Shown piece after piece: positions 52,801 through 63,400 of a stretch of 64,000 bases of DNA. The stretch spans positions 6,261,489 through 6,325,488 of the forward strand of contig CM121342.1 of NCBI GenBank assembly GCA_051530055.1, read 5' to 3'. The position numbers and the translations under genes are program-made. Origin of the DNA: Neoechinorhynchus agilis (lineage: Eukaryota > Animalia > Acanthocephala). The notes below the pieces were generated by a model. The model was not told the DNA's origin. It searched no databases and saw only the letters and a program-made list of their open reading frames with translations. The stretch's first letter is position 1, and each line of letters begins with the position of its first letter.

Positions 52801-53229
52801 AAAAGTTATTTATTTTATGTGAAAATTTTCGATAATTTCATTCGAAATTTGTTTAGACATCCCTTTTTTTGTCCTACCAAATAAAATTGTTAACATTTAA
52901 ACTTTTAAATTTTTGTGACTTGTGCTACACACAGAGACGCATCGTTAGAACGAGCTGGCAATACAATGGCACGAGCATTTAAGGAATGTGCGATTACTGG
53001 AGTTGATAGGAACCTAGAGGATAATCTTATTGTTTTTATGGCTCTAGCGGATGGAATATCAGAAATGACTTGTTGTGCTAATCCGACCCTCCATACATTG
53101 ACTGCTATTTACGTTGCTGAGGAACTCACGGGTGCGAAATTCGATTTACGCCCAGTCAACACGGATTCACAGAATTCCGAATTGTGCAAAATCGTCTGTT
53201 GCGGAAGTGGATTTATGAACCGGATTTGA
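49872..53229 (+). CDS. RTCA: RNA 3'-terminal phosphate cyclase; three coding blocks ~49872-50186, ~51182-51685, ~52930-53229
   Basis: IDGSQMESGGQILR, PGLMAQHL, TAGSVGLL, GGTNAAYAPHID, RGCFPQGGG, DRNLEDNLIVFMALA and PTLHT (catalytic His). Confidence 0.92.
50285..50935. repeat. Satellite H, ~114-123 bp unit, ~5.5 copies, inside RTCA interruption 1
   Basis: cgtccaata (or variant) at 50298, 50418, 50541, 50655, 50775, 50898. Confidence 0.93.
51674..52900. repeat. Satellite I, ~118-126 bp unit, ~10 copies, inside RTCA interruption 2
   Basis: gatctactttt at 51674, 51799, 51925, 52050, 52172, 52291, 52413, 52538, 52660, 52778. Confidence 0.95.
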
Positions 53230-53889
53230 AGTATATTGCTGTCTGGCGTTTTTTTGAGATAAGAATTATCAAGTGGAGATTACCAATGAAACCGTGTTAG
53301 TCTTCTTTGGTTAATGGAAAAATTGTCTTGAGCGATTTTTTCTTAAAATGCGCCTCAAATTATCAACAATGTCCTAAATTTGCCACTTTCTACATTCACT
53401 TTGTTAACTATGAAGTGTTAGAGATTCTGTCGCAAAAATTATGAACTGTTACTGTTTGTCAGACTGTTTTTTTAATGAGTTTTGAACCAATCTTAAGGTG
53501 ATTTAAAATTTTATCCAGAACTTTAAAAGGTTAACGAGCTTTTTATAGTCGAGATAGCTCATCATTGAATTAAGTGTATTTAAATAATATTTTTTTTATT
53601 CTATTACACACTTAATTTAAAAAAAATTCTCTCTTTTTTTATTTCTGTGGAATTGAGATACGAATAAAATAAATGTGAGAAATAACCGGTCAATTATTTG
53701 GCGACGCGCATCTTCACTGATTTATGAGCAATTTGAAATTTTGTGTTCTCATCGAGGTGGGTTTTAGACATTTAAAATAAAAATCAGCATGATTTTATTA
53801 ATACTCACCGGGGATTTTTAATAGTAAGATTAAAAATATTGTCTTTTACGTGTTTACAGTAGTAAAAAATGAATAATTCTTTAAATTAG

Positions 53890-55389
53890 CTATTCAACAT
53901 CCTCAACGTCAAGAAACGATGAGCGGTCTATTTTTTCCCCGGCATCATCGTTACTTTGATATAAAGAAGATCTTCTTAGACTAGTTTCAAAATTTTCACT
54001 TATTTCACTAATTCTCGCCGAAATGCGTTTTGAATAAGAAAATCTTTGAGACTCATGAACTTCAGTGACGGGTTGAGGTGTTTCTATTGATTCCCTGATG
54101 GATTCCATCAATACTGACGATATTTTCGATTGTCTTTCCTCAAGCGATGTCGTCCATAATTCGTATTGACCTGCAAAAAACATAGGACTGCTCAAACACA
54201 TCATCCCTGGTAATGATTGTCCTACTAATAATTTTAAAGCGGATAATCCAGCGGTGCTGATCATCGAAAAGGTTAGTTTTTCACTAAGGCGAACTGCGGA
54301 TGTCATTGTATGACCTCCTGCGAGAACAGTAAACACTCCTTGACTCGTTGCAAGACTTAAATTCATTAAGATCTGTTTTGTAGATTCAGAGAACTTTTCT
54401 GTTTCGAAAACACCGACCGGTCCATTCCAAAAGACAGTTTTCGCTCTTTTAATCGCATTTTCCACGGTTGCAACAAACATTGGACCAACATCCATGGCTG
54501 CAAATCCATCACTGACTCCATTTCGTACGTCTTCCACGATTATATCTTCCCGTTCAATTCTCATATTAAGACATACGAGATCTCTAGGAAGATAAATAGG
54601 AATATTCTTCTCCTTTGCTTTTTTTAATATCGTGATAACTTCCTTCTCTCCTTCTGGGTCATATAATGTCTGCTCGATCTTTGTCTTTAGCAAAACATGA
54701 AGAAAAGGCATAGCTAAAGCACCACCGATCGCAAGTTCGTCAACGTAATCTAGTAAATCAGACATCAAATTTAATTTCTCAAACTTCACTCCTCCAATAA
54801 TTGCCAAAAATGGTCTTTTGGGAGCATTTCTGAGTGATCTAAAATCTCCCAATTCCTTTTCCATCAATAATCCCATCACGTTTAAAAGTGCACCAACTCC
54901 CACGACTGAACTATGCTCTTTGTGTACCACACTAAAAGCATCGTTAACAAATATATCACAAAGATTCGTTAATTTAGAACGAAAATCCGCAACTGTTTCA
55001 CCATCTTCAGTCTCTTCCTTAAAAAATCTTATATTATCCAGAACAACTATTTCTCCAGTTCTATAGGCAGTCAAAGTGTCCGTTATGCAATTCCAATCGA
55101 TACTATCAATGAATCTTACACGCTTATGGATCTTTTTTGAAAGCAATTCAGCGGCGTATAAAAGGCTTAATCTGTCGTCTTTACCTTCAGGATTACCCAT
55201 GTGACTCACGATAACTATATATTTTGGTTTGGTTGCCGATATGAGGTTAATTGTTGGCAAAATCTGATCTATCCTAGCTTCAAGCGTCGCACCCGACTGA
55301 TCATTCAAATCTACTCGAACCATAACTCGTGCTTCTTTAAGATCTAAGTTCCTTACACTAAATGCCTCGAACATTAAACCACTGCTCAT
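53890..55389 (-). CDS. PGK: Divergent intronless phosphoglycerate kinase with ~100-aa C-terminal extension
   Basis: RVDLN, SHMGNP, DNIRF, FVNDAF, MDVGP, VFWNGPVGVFE. Confidence 0.93.
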   Translation of the reverse strand: MSSGLMFEAFSVRNLDLKEARVMVRVDLNDQSGATLEARIDQILPTINLISATKPKYIVIVSHMGNPEGKDDRLSLLYAAELLSKKIHKRVRFIDSIDWNCITDTLTAYRTGEIVVLDNIRFFKEETEDGETVADFRSKLTNLCDIFVNDAFSVVHKEHSSVVGVGALLNVMGLLMEKELGDFRSLRNAPKRPFLAIIGGVKFEKLNLMSDLLDYVDELAIGGALAMPFLHVLLKTKIEQTLYDPEGEKEVITILKKAKEKNIPIYLPRDLVCLNMRIEREDIIVEDVRNGVSDGFAAMDVGPMFVATVENAIKRAKTVFWNGPVGVFETEKFSESTKQILMNLSLATSQGVFTVLAGGHTMTSAVRLSEKLTFSMISTAGLSALKLLVGQSLPGMMCLSSPMFFAGQYELWTTSLEERQSKISSVLMESIRESIETPQPVTEVHESQRFSYSKRISARISEISENFETSLRRSSLYQSNDDAGEKIDRSSFLDVEDVE

Positions 55390-55459
55390 GATCTTATGAA
55401 CAAGTCTGCGAAAATATTTTGAAAAATGTAAGAATTTTTCATTTGTATCTATGACGATA

Positions 55460-56950
55460 ACCCGTTATCCACAAAATTCTAAATGTTCAATCGCCTTCAA
55501 ATACGGATTTTTTCCTGAACATTTTAAGGTGCTTTCATTTCTCTTACAATTTTATACCTTAAAATCTGAGCGCTTTTTTCTTCGCTTCCACAGGGATCAC
55601 CTCTTTCGCCCATTTTATTCTGCCACTCAATTTATCGTGAGGAATTGTAAAGTGTATGCTGATTATTTATCAGCAGTGATTAAAGAAACTAATTATCTTA
55701 GAAGCAAGAGCGAAACTAGTGGCCTTGCTGAGGTTTTTTCAATCAATATCTTCCACAAATGGGTCTTTCTTTGAACCACAAGAAGACCAAATTTTTAATC
55801 AAATCTAAATCTACTCTTCCAGATTTATTTTCGAACGAAAAATGGGTGTTTTATTTCTTACTTCAAATTTTCGACGCCTTGCGTCTGCCCTCCTCTGATT
55901 CCTTTTCAGATAACCGAAGAAAAGCTTCCTGACGAAAACAAGACCAAATTTTTAATCAAATCTAAATCTACTCTTCCAGATTTATTATCGAACGAAAAAT
56001 GGGTGTTTTATTTCTTACTTCAAATTTTCGACGCCTTGCGTCTGCCCTCCTCTGATTCCTTTTCAGATAACCGAAGAAAAGCTTCCTGACGAAAACAAGA
56101 CCAAATTTTTAATCAAATCTAAATCTACTCTTCCAGATTTATTATCGAACGAAAAATGGGTGTTTTACTTACTTCAAATTTTCGACGCCTTGCGTCTGCC
56201 CTCCTCTGATTCCTTTTCAGATAACCGAAGAAAAGCTTCCTGACGAAAACAAGACCAAATTTTTAATCAAATCTAAATCTACTCTTCCAGATTTATTATC
56301 GAACGAAAAATGGGTGTTTTATTTCTTACTTCAAATTTTCGACGCCTTGCGTCTGCCCTCCTCTGATTCCTTTTCAGATAACCGAAGAAAAGCTTCCTGA
56401 CGAAAACAAGACCAAATTTTTAATCAAATCTAAATCTACTCTTCCAGATTTATTATCGAACGAAAAATGGGTGTTTTATTTCTTACTTCAAATTTTCGAC
56501 GCCTTGCGTCTGCCCTCCTCTGATTCCTTTTCAGATAACCGAAGAAAAGCTTCCTGACGAAAACAAGACCAAATTTTTAATCAAATCTAAATCTACTCTT
56601 CCAGATTTATTATCGAACGAAAAATGGGTGTTTTATTTCTTACTTCAAATTTTCGACGCCTTGCGTCTGCCCTCCTCTGATTCCTTTTCAGATAACCGAA
56701 GAAAAGCTTCCTGACGAAGACGCAAGCCGTCGAAAATTTGAAGTAAGAAATAAAAAAACACCCATTTTTCGTTCGATAATAAATCTGGAATAAAACATGA
56801 GGATGTTGGGAAAAGAGGCTTTCCATAATATTAAATCTACTCTAGGTAGGAGGCGGATTAGAGAGTATGTGAAAGATTTTTTCAATCTATATTTTTATCC
56901 GGTCTACAACAAGATGGATAATCCTAGGACACACGATTACCGGCAACCTA
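55460..56950 (+). mobile_element. Decayed non-LTR reverse transcriptase remnant, interrupted by satellite E
   Basis: Frameshifted RT motifs in the right order: PQGSPLSPILF (55588-55620), VYADY (YADD-like), MGLSLNHKKTK (from 55759). Confidence 0.8.
55785..56718. repeat. Satellite E, 157 bp unit, ~6 copies
   Basis: gaccaaatttttaatc at 55785, 55942, 56099, 56253, 56410, 56567. Confidence 0.95.
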
Positions 56951-57553
56951 TCTATTACTTCCAACGTAGATAAAATGAAGAAACTATTAAAGATTGCGAG
57001 ACCAAAGGAGACTCCCCATATCGAAAACAATATTCTGCTCCTAGGCACTCACCAGAGCAACGCCGAAAATTCCGCTGCATTTTTCTAGATTTCGTTTCTA
57101 AACTTCGGGGCTACCTCTGCTGACTGAGTCACGAAGTCATTAAAATGGACAAGGCTTAATGTTTGAGCGAAAATTAATTTCCGTAACTCTTTGCCCATGT
57201 CACAGTGCCCGCTCTCGATTAAATTTTTTATTGCTTCAAATTGTAAAGATGTTCATCATTTTAACTTTTTTTGATAGCGAATTAATTTTCGGCCTTCGCG
57301 TAGGCCTTCTTCAGTATATTATTAAAGTGTTTTATTCACAAATAAAAAAACAATTTTTTATTCGTTTTTGAGTTCGGATTACATCTTGATCTTCCCCTTT
57401 ATTTCAATATATCGAAAACCAATCTGTAGTATTATTACATTTTTTTATATTTGAAATTGTCTTCTTACGGATAATAGTCCGCAGTTTAATTGAAATTTAC
57501 TATGACGACTCGGAAAAGCCAGCTTTGAGGTCGCATTAAAACATCAATTTTAA

Positions 57554-57886
57554 GTGACTCTCCTCCCATGGTGCTCCGGGAAAATACTGGTTTGGGATTT
57601 TACCTGCCCCAACACGCTCGCAGCATCCCACTTACGAGATGCCACCTCAAAGGCGGGAGCAGTCGCCAGCTTCAGCGACGAAAAGAAGCGGCAGAAGTAC
57701 TCCTCGCTCGATGGGCATCAATATATTTTCATCCCGATTGCGGTGGAAACACTGGGATGTCTCCGAAAAGAAGCCGATTATTTCCTTTTCCCGACTGAGA
57801 AAGATGCCACCGGCGATAGGCGATCCAGCAGCTTCCTATTGCAGCGAATCAGCGCGGCCATCAAGGAAGCTGCCGAACAAACATAA
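57554..57886 (+). mobile_element. CRE-type non-LTR retrotransposon restriction-like endonuclease remnant
   Basis: PWCSGKILVWDFTCPNTLAASH...KKRQKYSSL...FIPIAVETLG...FLLQRISAAI. Confidence 0.88.
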
Positions 57887-57976
57887 CATCTCTAAAAAAT
57901 GTAATCGAATAACTTTAATAATCATCTCAGATTAAAGTGTTAAAGAATTTTTTCACTGCAGTAGAATTCATGCTTG

Positions 57977-58098
57977 TTTATGGCGGAAAATTTGAAGGAA
58001 TTTATAAAGTCCGATCTTGTATGACCGATTTTTGTATTCAAGAAACCTTGATCAAAGCACCCGAGTATGCCAAATTACTTCAAATTTTCTGCCATAAA
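57977..58098. mobile_element. Fold-back element with 27-bp arms related to satellite C
   Basis: tttatggcggaaaatttgaaggaattt / aaattacttcaaattttctgccataaa (25/27 complementary). Confidence 0.75.
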
Positions 58099-58731
58099 AA
58101 AAGTATGAACAACTCAATCTTCAAACAAAAGAATTTATATTTTAAGCATTGTCAAATATTTTAATTAAAAAAAATCACCAACAATTATTGAGTTTAAAAT
58201 CGAATGACTTTTCAGATTGCTTATAATGTTTAAAATTTTCATACTGCGATTCCGTTGCTCTCTTTTAAGATTAACTTATAACGTTAAATAAAAAGTTGCA
58301 TCATTGAAAATGAATTTCTGTACATTAGTCGGTATGAATTCTTTGATGTTATCAACTGCATTAAGAGATCAGTCAAATTGTTTCGGTTCAAAAGTTTGCC
58401 AATCAGCAGGCGACGGGTGGGGCACAGAGTTCAAACGCGGTTTTCTAAGTGCATTTAATCATGTTCTACTCATCTTAGAAATATGGCTAAAACTGCATTA
58501 AGATCGCTAAAAGGATAAGATTTGAATTAAGGCTCTACTCTTTTTTCTTTTTAAAGTTGCGGAAATAATTAAGAGTGCTCAAAAGCAGATGCCGGAAATG
58601 TTTTTTAAAGGTTCAATATTTTCCCACGCCTGTTTTTTTTCATTGGAAAAAATCAGCCCACCCAGTCTCACAATATAGCAGCGATTTTTTATTTTACAAA
58701 AAGCAACAAAAAAGCAACACACTCATAAATC

Positions 58732-59709
58732 TTAACAACGACTTCCAGTTTGCTTATGAAATTTAGTCCTTCGATTCTGGAAAAAGACCTTGACCGAATT
58801 GAATTTAAGGTTGAGTGCAATAGCCAATTGCTCGATTTGCAAAGTGGTTGGTCTTTTTCGACGCATAAAATAATTTTCCAATGCCTCTTTTTCAAATTTT
58901 GTGAAATTATGCCTTTTCCATCGCCGGTCCTTTCCGGATGTATTGGTATCTTGAACCGGTGTTTGAAATTGGGATTGAGAATTCATGATTTGTTGTTGTT
59001 GTTGACCGTCAATGGAGCCTCTAATTACAGGTATTTGTGCAGAGTATTGCTCTTGTGGTTGAACATTTGTGATATAATTCTGTTGAACCGGAAAACTAGC
59101 AGCGTAATTGTTAGGAACTTGCATATTGTTTGAATAATGTAAATCCATCTGAATATTGCCTTGGCCATATTGATTTTGCATTTGTTGATGCACTTGAGGT
59201 TGTGGAACATTATACTGATAATATTGGCCATTATCAGCGTAATATTGCCAATTTTCCTGAGGTTGCTGTTCGTAGTATACCATTATCTGTCCGTTTTGAT
59301 CCATAATTGGATTCGCAGGTTCCTGGTTAGTCGTCCATTGATTTAAACCTTCCACATTGTTTTCAAATCCGTGATTTTGATCCATAATTGGATTCGCAGG
59401 TTCCTGGTTAGTCGTCCATTGATTTAAACCTTCCACATTGTTTTCAAATCCGTGATTTTGATCCATAATTCGATTCGCAGGTTCCTGGTTAGTCGTCCAT
59501 TGATTTAAATCTTCCAAATTGTTTTCAAATCCGTGATTTTGATCCATAATTCGATTCGTAGGTTCCTGGTTAGTCGTCCATTGATTTATATCTTCCAAAT
59601 TGCCGTTAAATCCGCCGTTTCGATCCGTAGCTTCCTGGTTATTCATCCATTGATTAAAATCACCCGAAAGATCGTCAAATCCGCTGTTTTGTTGATTTTG
59701 ATGGTGCAT
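58732..59709 (-). CDS. Intronless divergent homeobox protein with Gln/Asn-rich N-terminus and 27-aa tandem repeats
   Basis: C-terminal homeodomain RRWKRHNFTKFEKEALENYF...QIEQLAIALNLKFNSVKVFFQNRRTKFHK; 81-bp repeats at 59298, 59379, 59460, 59541. Confidence 0.9.
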   Translation of the reverse strand: MHHQNQQNSGFDDLSGDFNQWMNNQEATDRNGGFNGNLEDINQWTTNQEPTNRIMDQNHGFENNLEDLNQWTTNQEPANRIMDQNHGFENNVEGLNQWTTNQEPANPIMDQNHGFENNVEGLNQWTTNQEPANPIMDQNGQIMVYYEQQPQENWQYYADNGQYYQYNVPQPQVHQQMQNQYGQGNIQMDLHYSNNMQVPNNYAASFPVQQNYITNVQPQEQYSAQIPVIRGSIDGQQQQQIMNSQSQFQTPVQDTNTSGKDRRWKRHNFTKFEKEALENYFMRRKRPTTLQIEQLAIALNLKFNSVKVFFQNRRTKFHKQTGSRC

Positions 59710-60444
59710 TTTTAACTCAAGAGTATAATTTAAAATTTTTGAGAGTTACAGGATAACAGTAGTGAATGTAGAGTTTAAAATTCTTGGGAGTTACAGAATA
59801 ACAGTAGTGAGTGTTGGTACACGATGAAGTGAATTCGATGTACGACGCCCTTGACTCGACTAACTGCGTTACTTCACGCTGTGGCGATTTCTGTAATCTG
59901 ATTGGCTGCATGTCGATATGCGTGTACTACAACGCCAGGTCTTTGATAACGCAACTATAGCCTGAAAAATTAAAACAATGTATAAATTTAAAAGTTGATT
60001 GAAAGAACTATTGACCTTTTCGTACAACTAAATTTTTTGTAGTTATTGTTAGAATCAAATGTACAAAAGATTAATCCAATGGAAAAATATTTTGTTTTGT
60101 CGAGTATTATCTAAAATTTTAAAAGATGTGTGTTTAGACATTTTTCTCAATGTTTTATTAATAAATTCTAGATCATAATAAAAGAATAAAAGTATAATAT
60201 TATCATTCTTAAACAAACTTAGTTAACGTTAGGTAAAAGTTGTAAGTAAAGATGATAGAAACAAAACTAATGCTCAATAATGCTTTATTCTCTAGCATTA
60301 TTTAAAATATGCTCATTCAAAAATAGAAGAACTGCTAACGATAATTTTTGCATTTGAGTCTAATTTGTAAACATTTTCAATATCAGTTAATTTATGTAAT
60401 GTTTTCATGGTGGTCATTATGTTAAACATGACGAACCACTACAG

Positions 60445-63400
60445 TAAGATATCAACTCTCGAGAACGTCCGATGTTTTTCATGCTGAATTTTAATTTTTT
60501 GAGGACTCTGTCGCTTTTTATTCGGTTTTAAACAATAAGATATCCACTCGCGAGAACGTCCGATGTTTTTTATGCTGAATTTTAATTTTCTTGAGGACTC
60601 CGTCGCTTTTTATTCGGTTTTAAACAATAAGATATCTACTCTCGAGAACGTCCGGTGTTTTTTATGTTGGATTTTGAGTTTTTTGAGGACTCCGTCGCTT
60701 TTTATTCGATTTTAAACAATAAGATATCAACTCGCGAGGACGTCTGGTGTTTTTTATGCTGGATTTTAATTTTTTTAGGACTCCGTCGCTTTTTATTCGG
60801 TTTTAAACAATAAGATATCAACTCGCGAGGACGTCCGGTGTTTTTTATGTTGGATTTTGAGTTTTTGAGGACTCCGTCGCTATTGATTCGGTTTTAAACA
60901 ATAAGATATCAACTCTCGAGAACGTCCGATGTTTTTTATGCTGGATTTTAATTTTTTGAGGACTCCGTCGCTTTTGATTCGGTTTTAAACAATAAGATAT
61001 CAACTCTCGAGAACGTCCGATGTTTTTTATGCTGGATTTTAATTTTTTGAGGACTCCGTCGCTTTTTATTCGGTTTTAAACAATAAGATATCAACTCGCG
61101 AGGACGTCCGGTGTTTTGTATGTTGGATTTTAATTTTTTTGAAGACTCCGTCGCTTTTTATTCGGTTTTAAACAATAAGATATCCACTCTCGAAAACGTC
61201 CGATGTTTTTCATGCTGAATTTTAATTTTCTTGAGGACTCCGTCGCTTTTTATTCGGTTTTAAACAATAAGATATTTACTCTGGAGAACGTCCGATGTTT
61301 TTCATGTTGAATTTTAATTTTTTTGAGGACTCCGTCGCTTTTTATTCGATTTTAAACAATAAGATATCAACTCGCGAGGACGTCTGGTGTTTTTTATGCT
61401 GGATTTTAATTTTTTTAGGACTCCGTCGCTTTCTATTCGGTTTTAAACAATAAGATATTCACTCGCGAGAACGTCCGATGTTTTTTATGTTGGATTTTAA
61501 TTTTTTGAGGACCCCGTCGCTTTTTATTCGGTTTTAAACAATAAGATATCCACTCGCGAGAACGTCCGGTGTTTTTTATGTTGGATTTCAATTTTTTGAA
61601 GACTCCGTCGCTTTTTATTCGATTTTAAACAATAAGATATCAACTCGCGAGGACGTCTGGTGTTTTTTATGCTGGATTTTAATTTTTTTAGGACTCCGTC
61701 GCTTTTTATTCGGTTTTAAACAATAAGATATTCACTCGCGAGAACGTCTGATGTTTTTTATGTTGGATTTTAATTTTTTGAGGACTCCGTCGCTTTTTAT
61801 TCGGTTTTAAACAATAAGATATCCACTCGCGAGAACGTCCGATGTTTTTTATGTTGGATTTTAATTTTTTGAAGACTCCGTCGCTTTTTATTCGATTTTA
61901 AACAATAAGATATCAACTCGCGAGGACGTCTGGTGTTTTTTATGCTGGATTTTAATTTTTTTAGGACTCCGTCGCTTTTTATTCGGTTTTAAACAATAAG
62001 ATATCCACTCGCGAGGACGTCCGATATTTTTTATGCTGGATTTTAATTTTTTTGAAGACCGTCGCTTTTTATTCGGTTTTAAACAATAAGATATCCACTC
62101 TCGAAACGTCCGATGTTTTATGCTGAATTTTAATTTTTTGAGGACTCCGTCGCTTTTTATTCGGTTTTAAACAATAAGATATCCACTCTCGAGAACGTCC
62201 GATGTTTTTTATGCTGGATTTTAATTTTTTGAAGACCGTCGCTTCTGATTCGGTTTTAAACAATAAGATATCCACTCTCGAAAACGTCCGATGGTTTTTA
62301 TGCTGGATTTTAATTTTTTGAGGACTCCGTCGCTTTTTATTCGGTTTTAAACAATAAGATATCCACTCGCGAGGACGTCCGATATTTTTTATGCTGGATT
62401 TTAATTTTTTAGGACCGTCGCTTTTTATTCGGTTTTAAACAATAAGATATCCACTCGCGAGACGTCTGATGTTTTTTATGTTGGATTTTAATTTTTTTAG
62501 GACTCCGTCGCTTTTTATTCGGTTTTAAACAATAAGATATTTACTCTCGAGAACGTCCGATGTTTTTTATGTTGGATTTAATTTTTTGAAGACTCCGTCG
62601 CTTTTTATTCGATTTTAAACAATAAGATATCAACTCGCGAGGACGTCTGGTGTTTTTTATGCTGGATTTTAATTTTTTTAGGACTCCGTCGCTTTTTATT
62701 CGGTTTTAAACAATAAGATATCCACTCTCGAGAACGTCCGATGTTTTTTATGCTGGATTTTAATTTTTTGAGGACTCCGTCGCTTTTTATTCGGTTTTAA
62801 ACAATAAGATATTTACTCTGGAGAACGTCCGATGTTTTTCATGTTGAATTTTAATTTTTTTGAGGACTCCGTCGCTTTTTATTCGGTTTTAAACAATAAG
62901 ATATCCACTCGCGAGAACGTCCGATGTTTTTTATGTTGGATTTTAATTTTTTTAGGACTCCGTCGCTTTTTATTCGGTTTTAAACAATAAGATATCCACT
63001 CGCGAGGACGTCCGATATTTTTTATGCTGGATTTTAATTTTTTGAAGACCGTCGCTTTTTATTCGGTTTTAAACAATAAGATATCCACTCTCGAAAACGT
63101 CCGATGTTTTTCATGCTGAATTTTAATTTTTTGAGGACTCCGTCGCTTTTTATTCGGTTTTAAACAATAAGATATCCACTCGCGAGGACGTCCGATATTT
63201 TTTATGCTGGATTTTAATTTTTTGAAGACCGTCGCTTCTGATTCGGTTTTAAACAATAAGATATCCACTCTCGAAAACGTCCGATGGTTTTTATGCTGGA
63301 TTTTAAGTTTTTGAGGACTCCGTCGCTTTTTATTCGGTTTTAAACAATAAGATATCCACTCGCGAGGACGTCCGATGTTTTTTATGCTGGATTTTAATTT

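Noticed and set aside
51685-52928. U12-type AT-AC intron reading of RTCA intron 2
   Set aside because: An AT...AC register exists, but the ATATCCTT donor and TCCTTAAC branch consensus are absent, and intron 1 does not fit.
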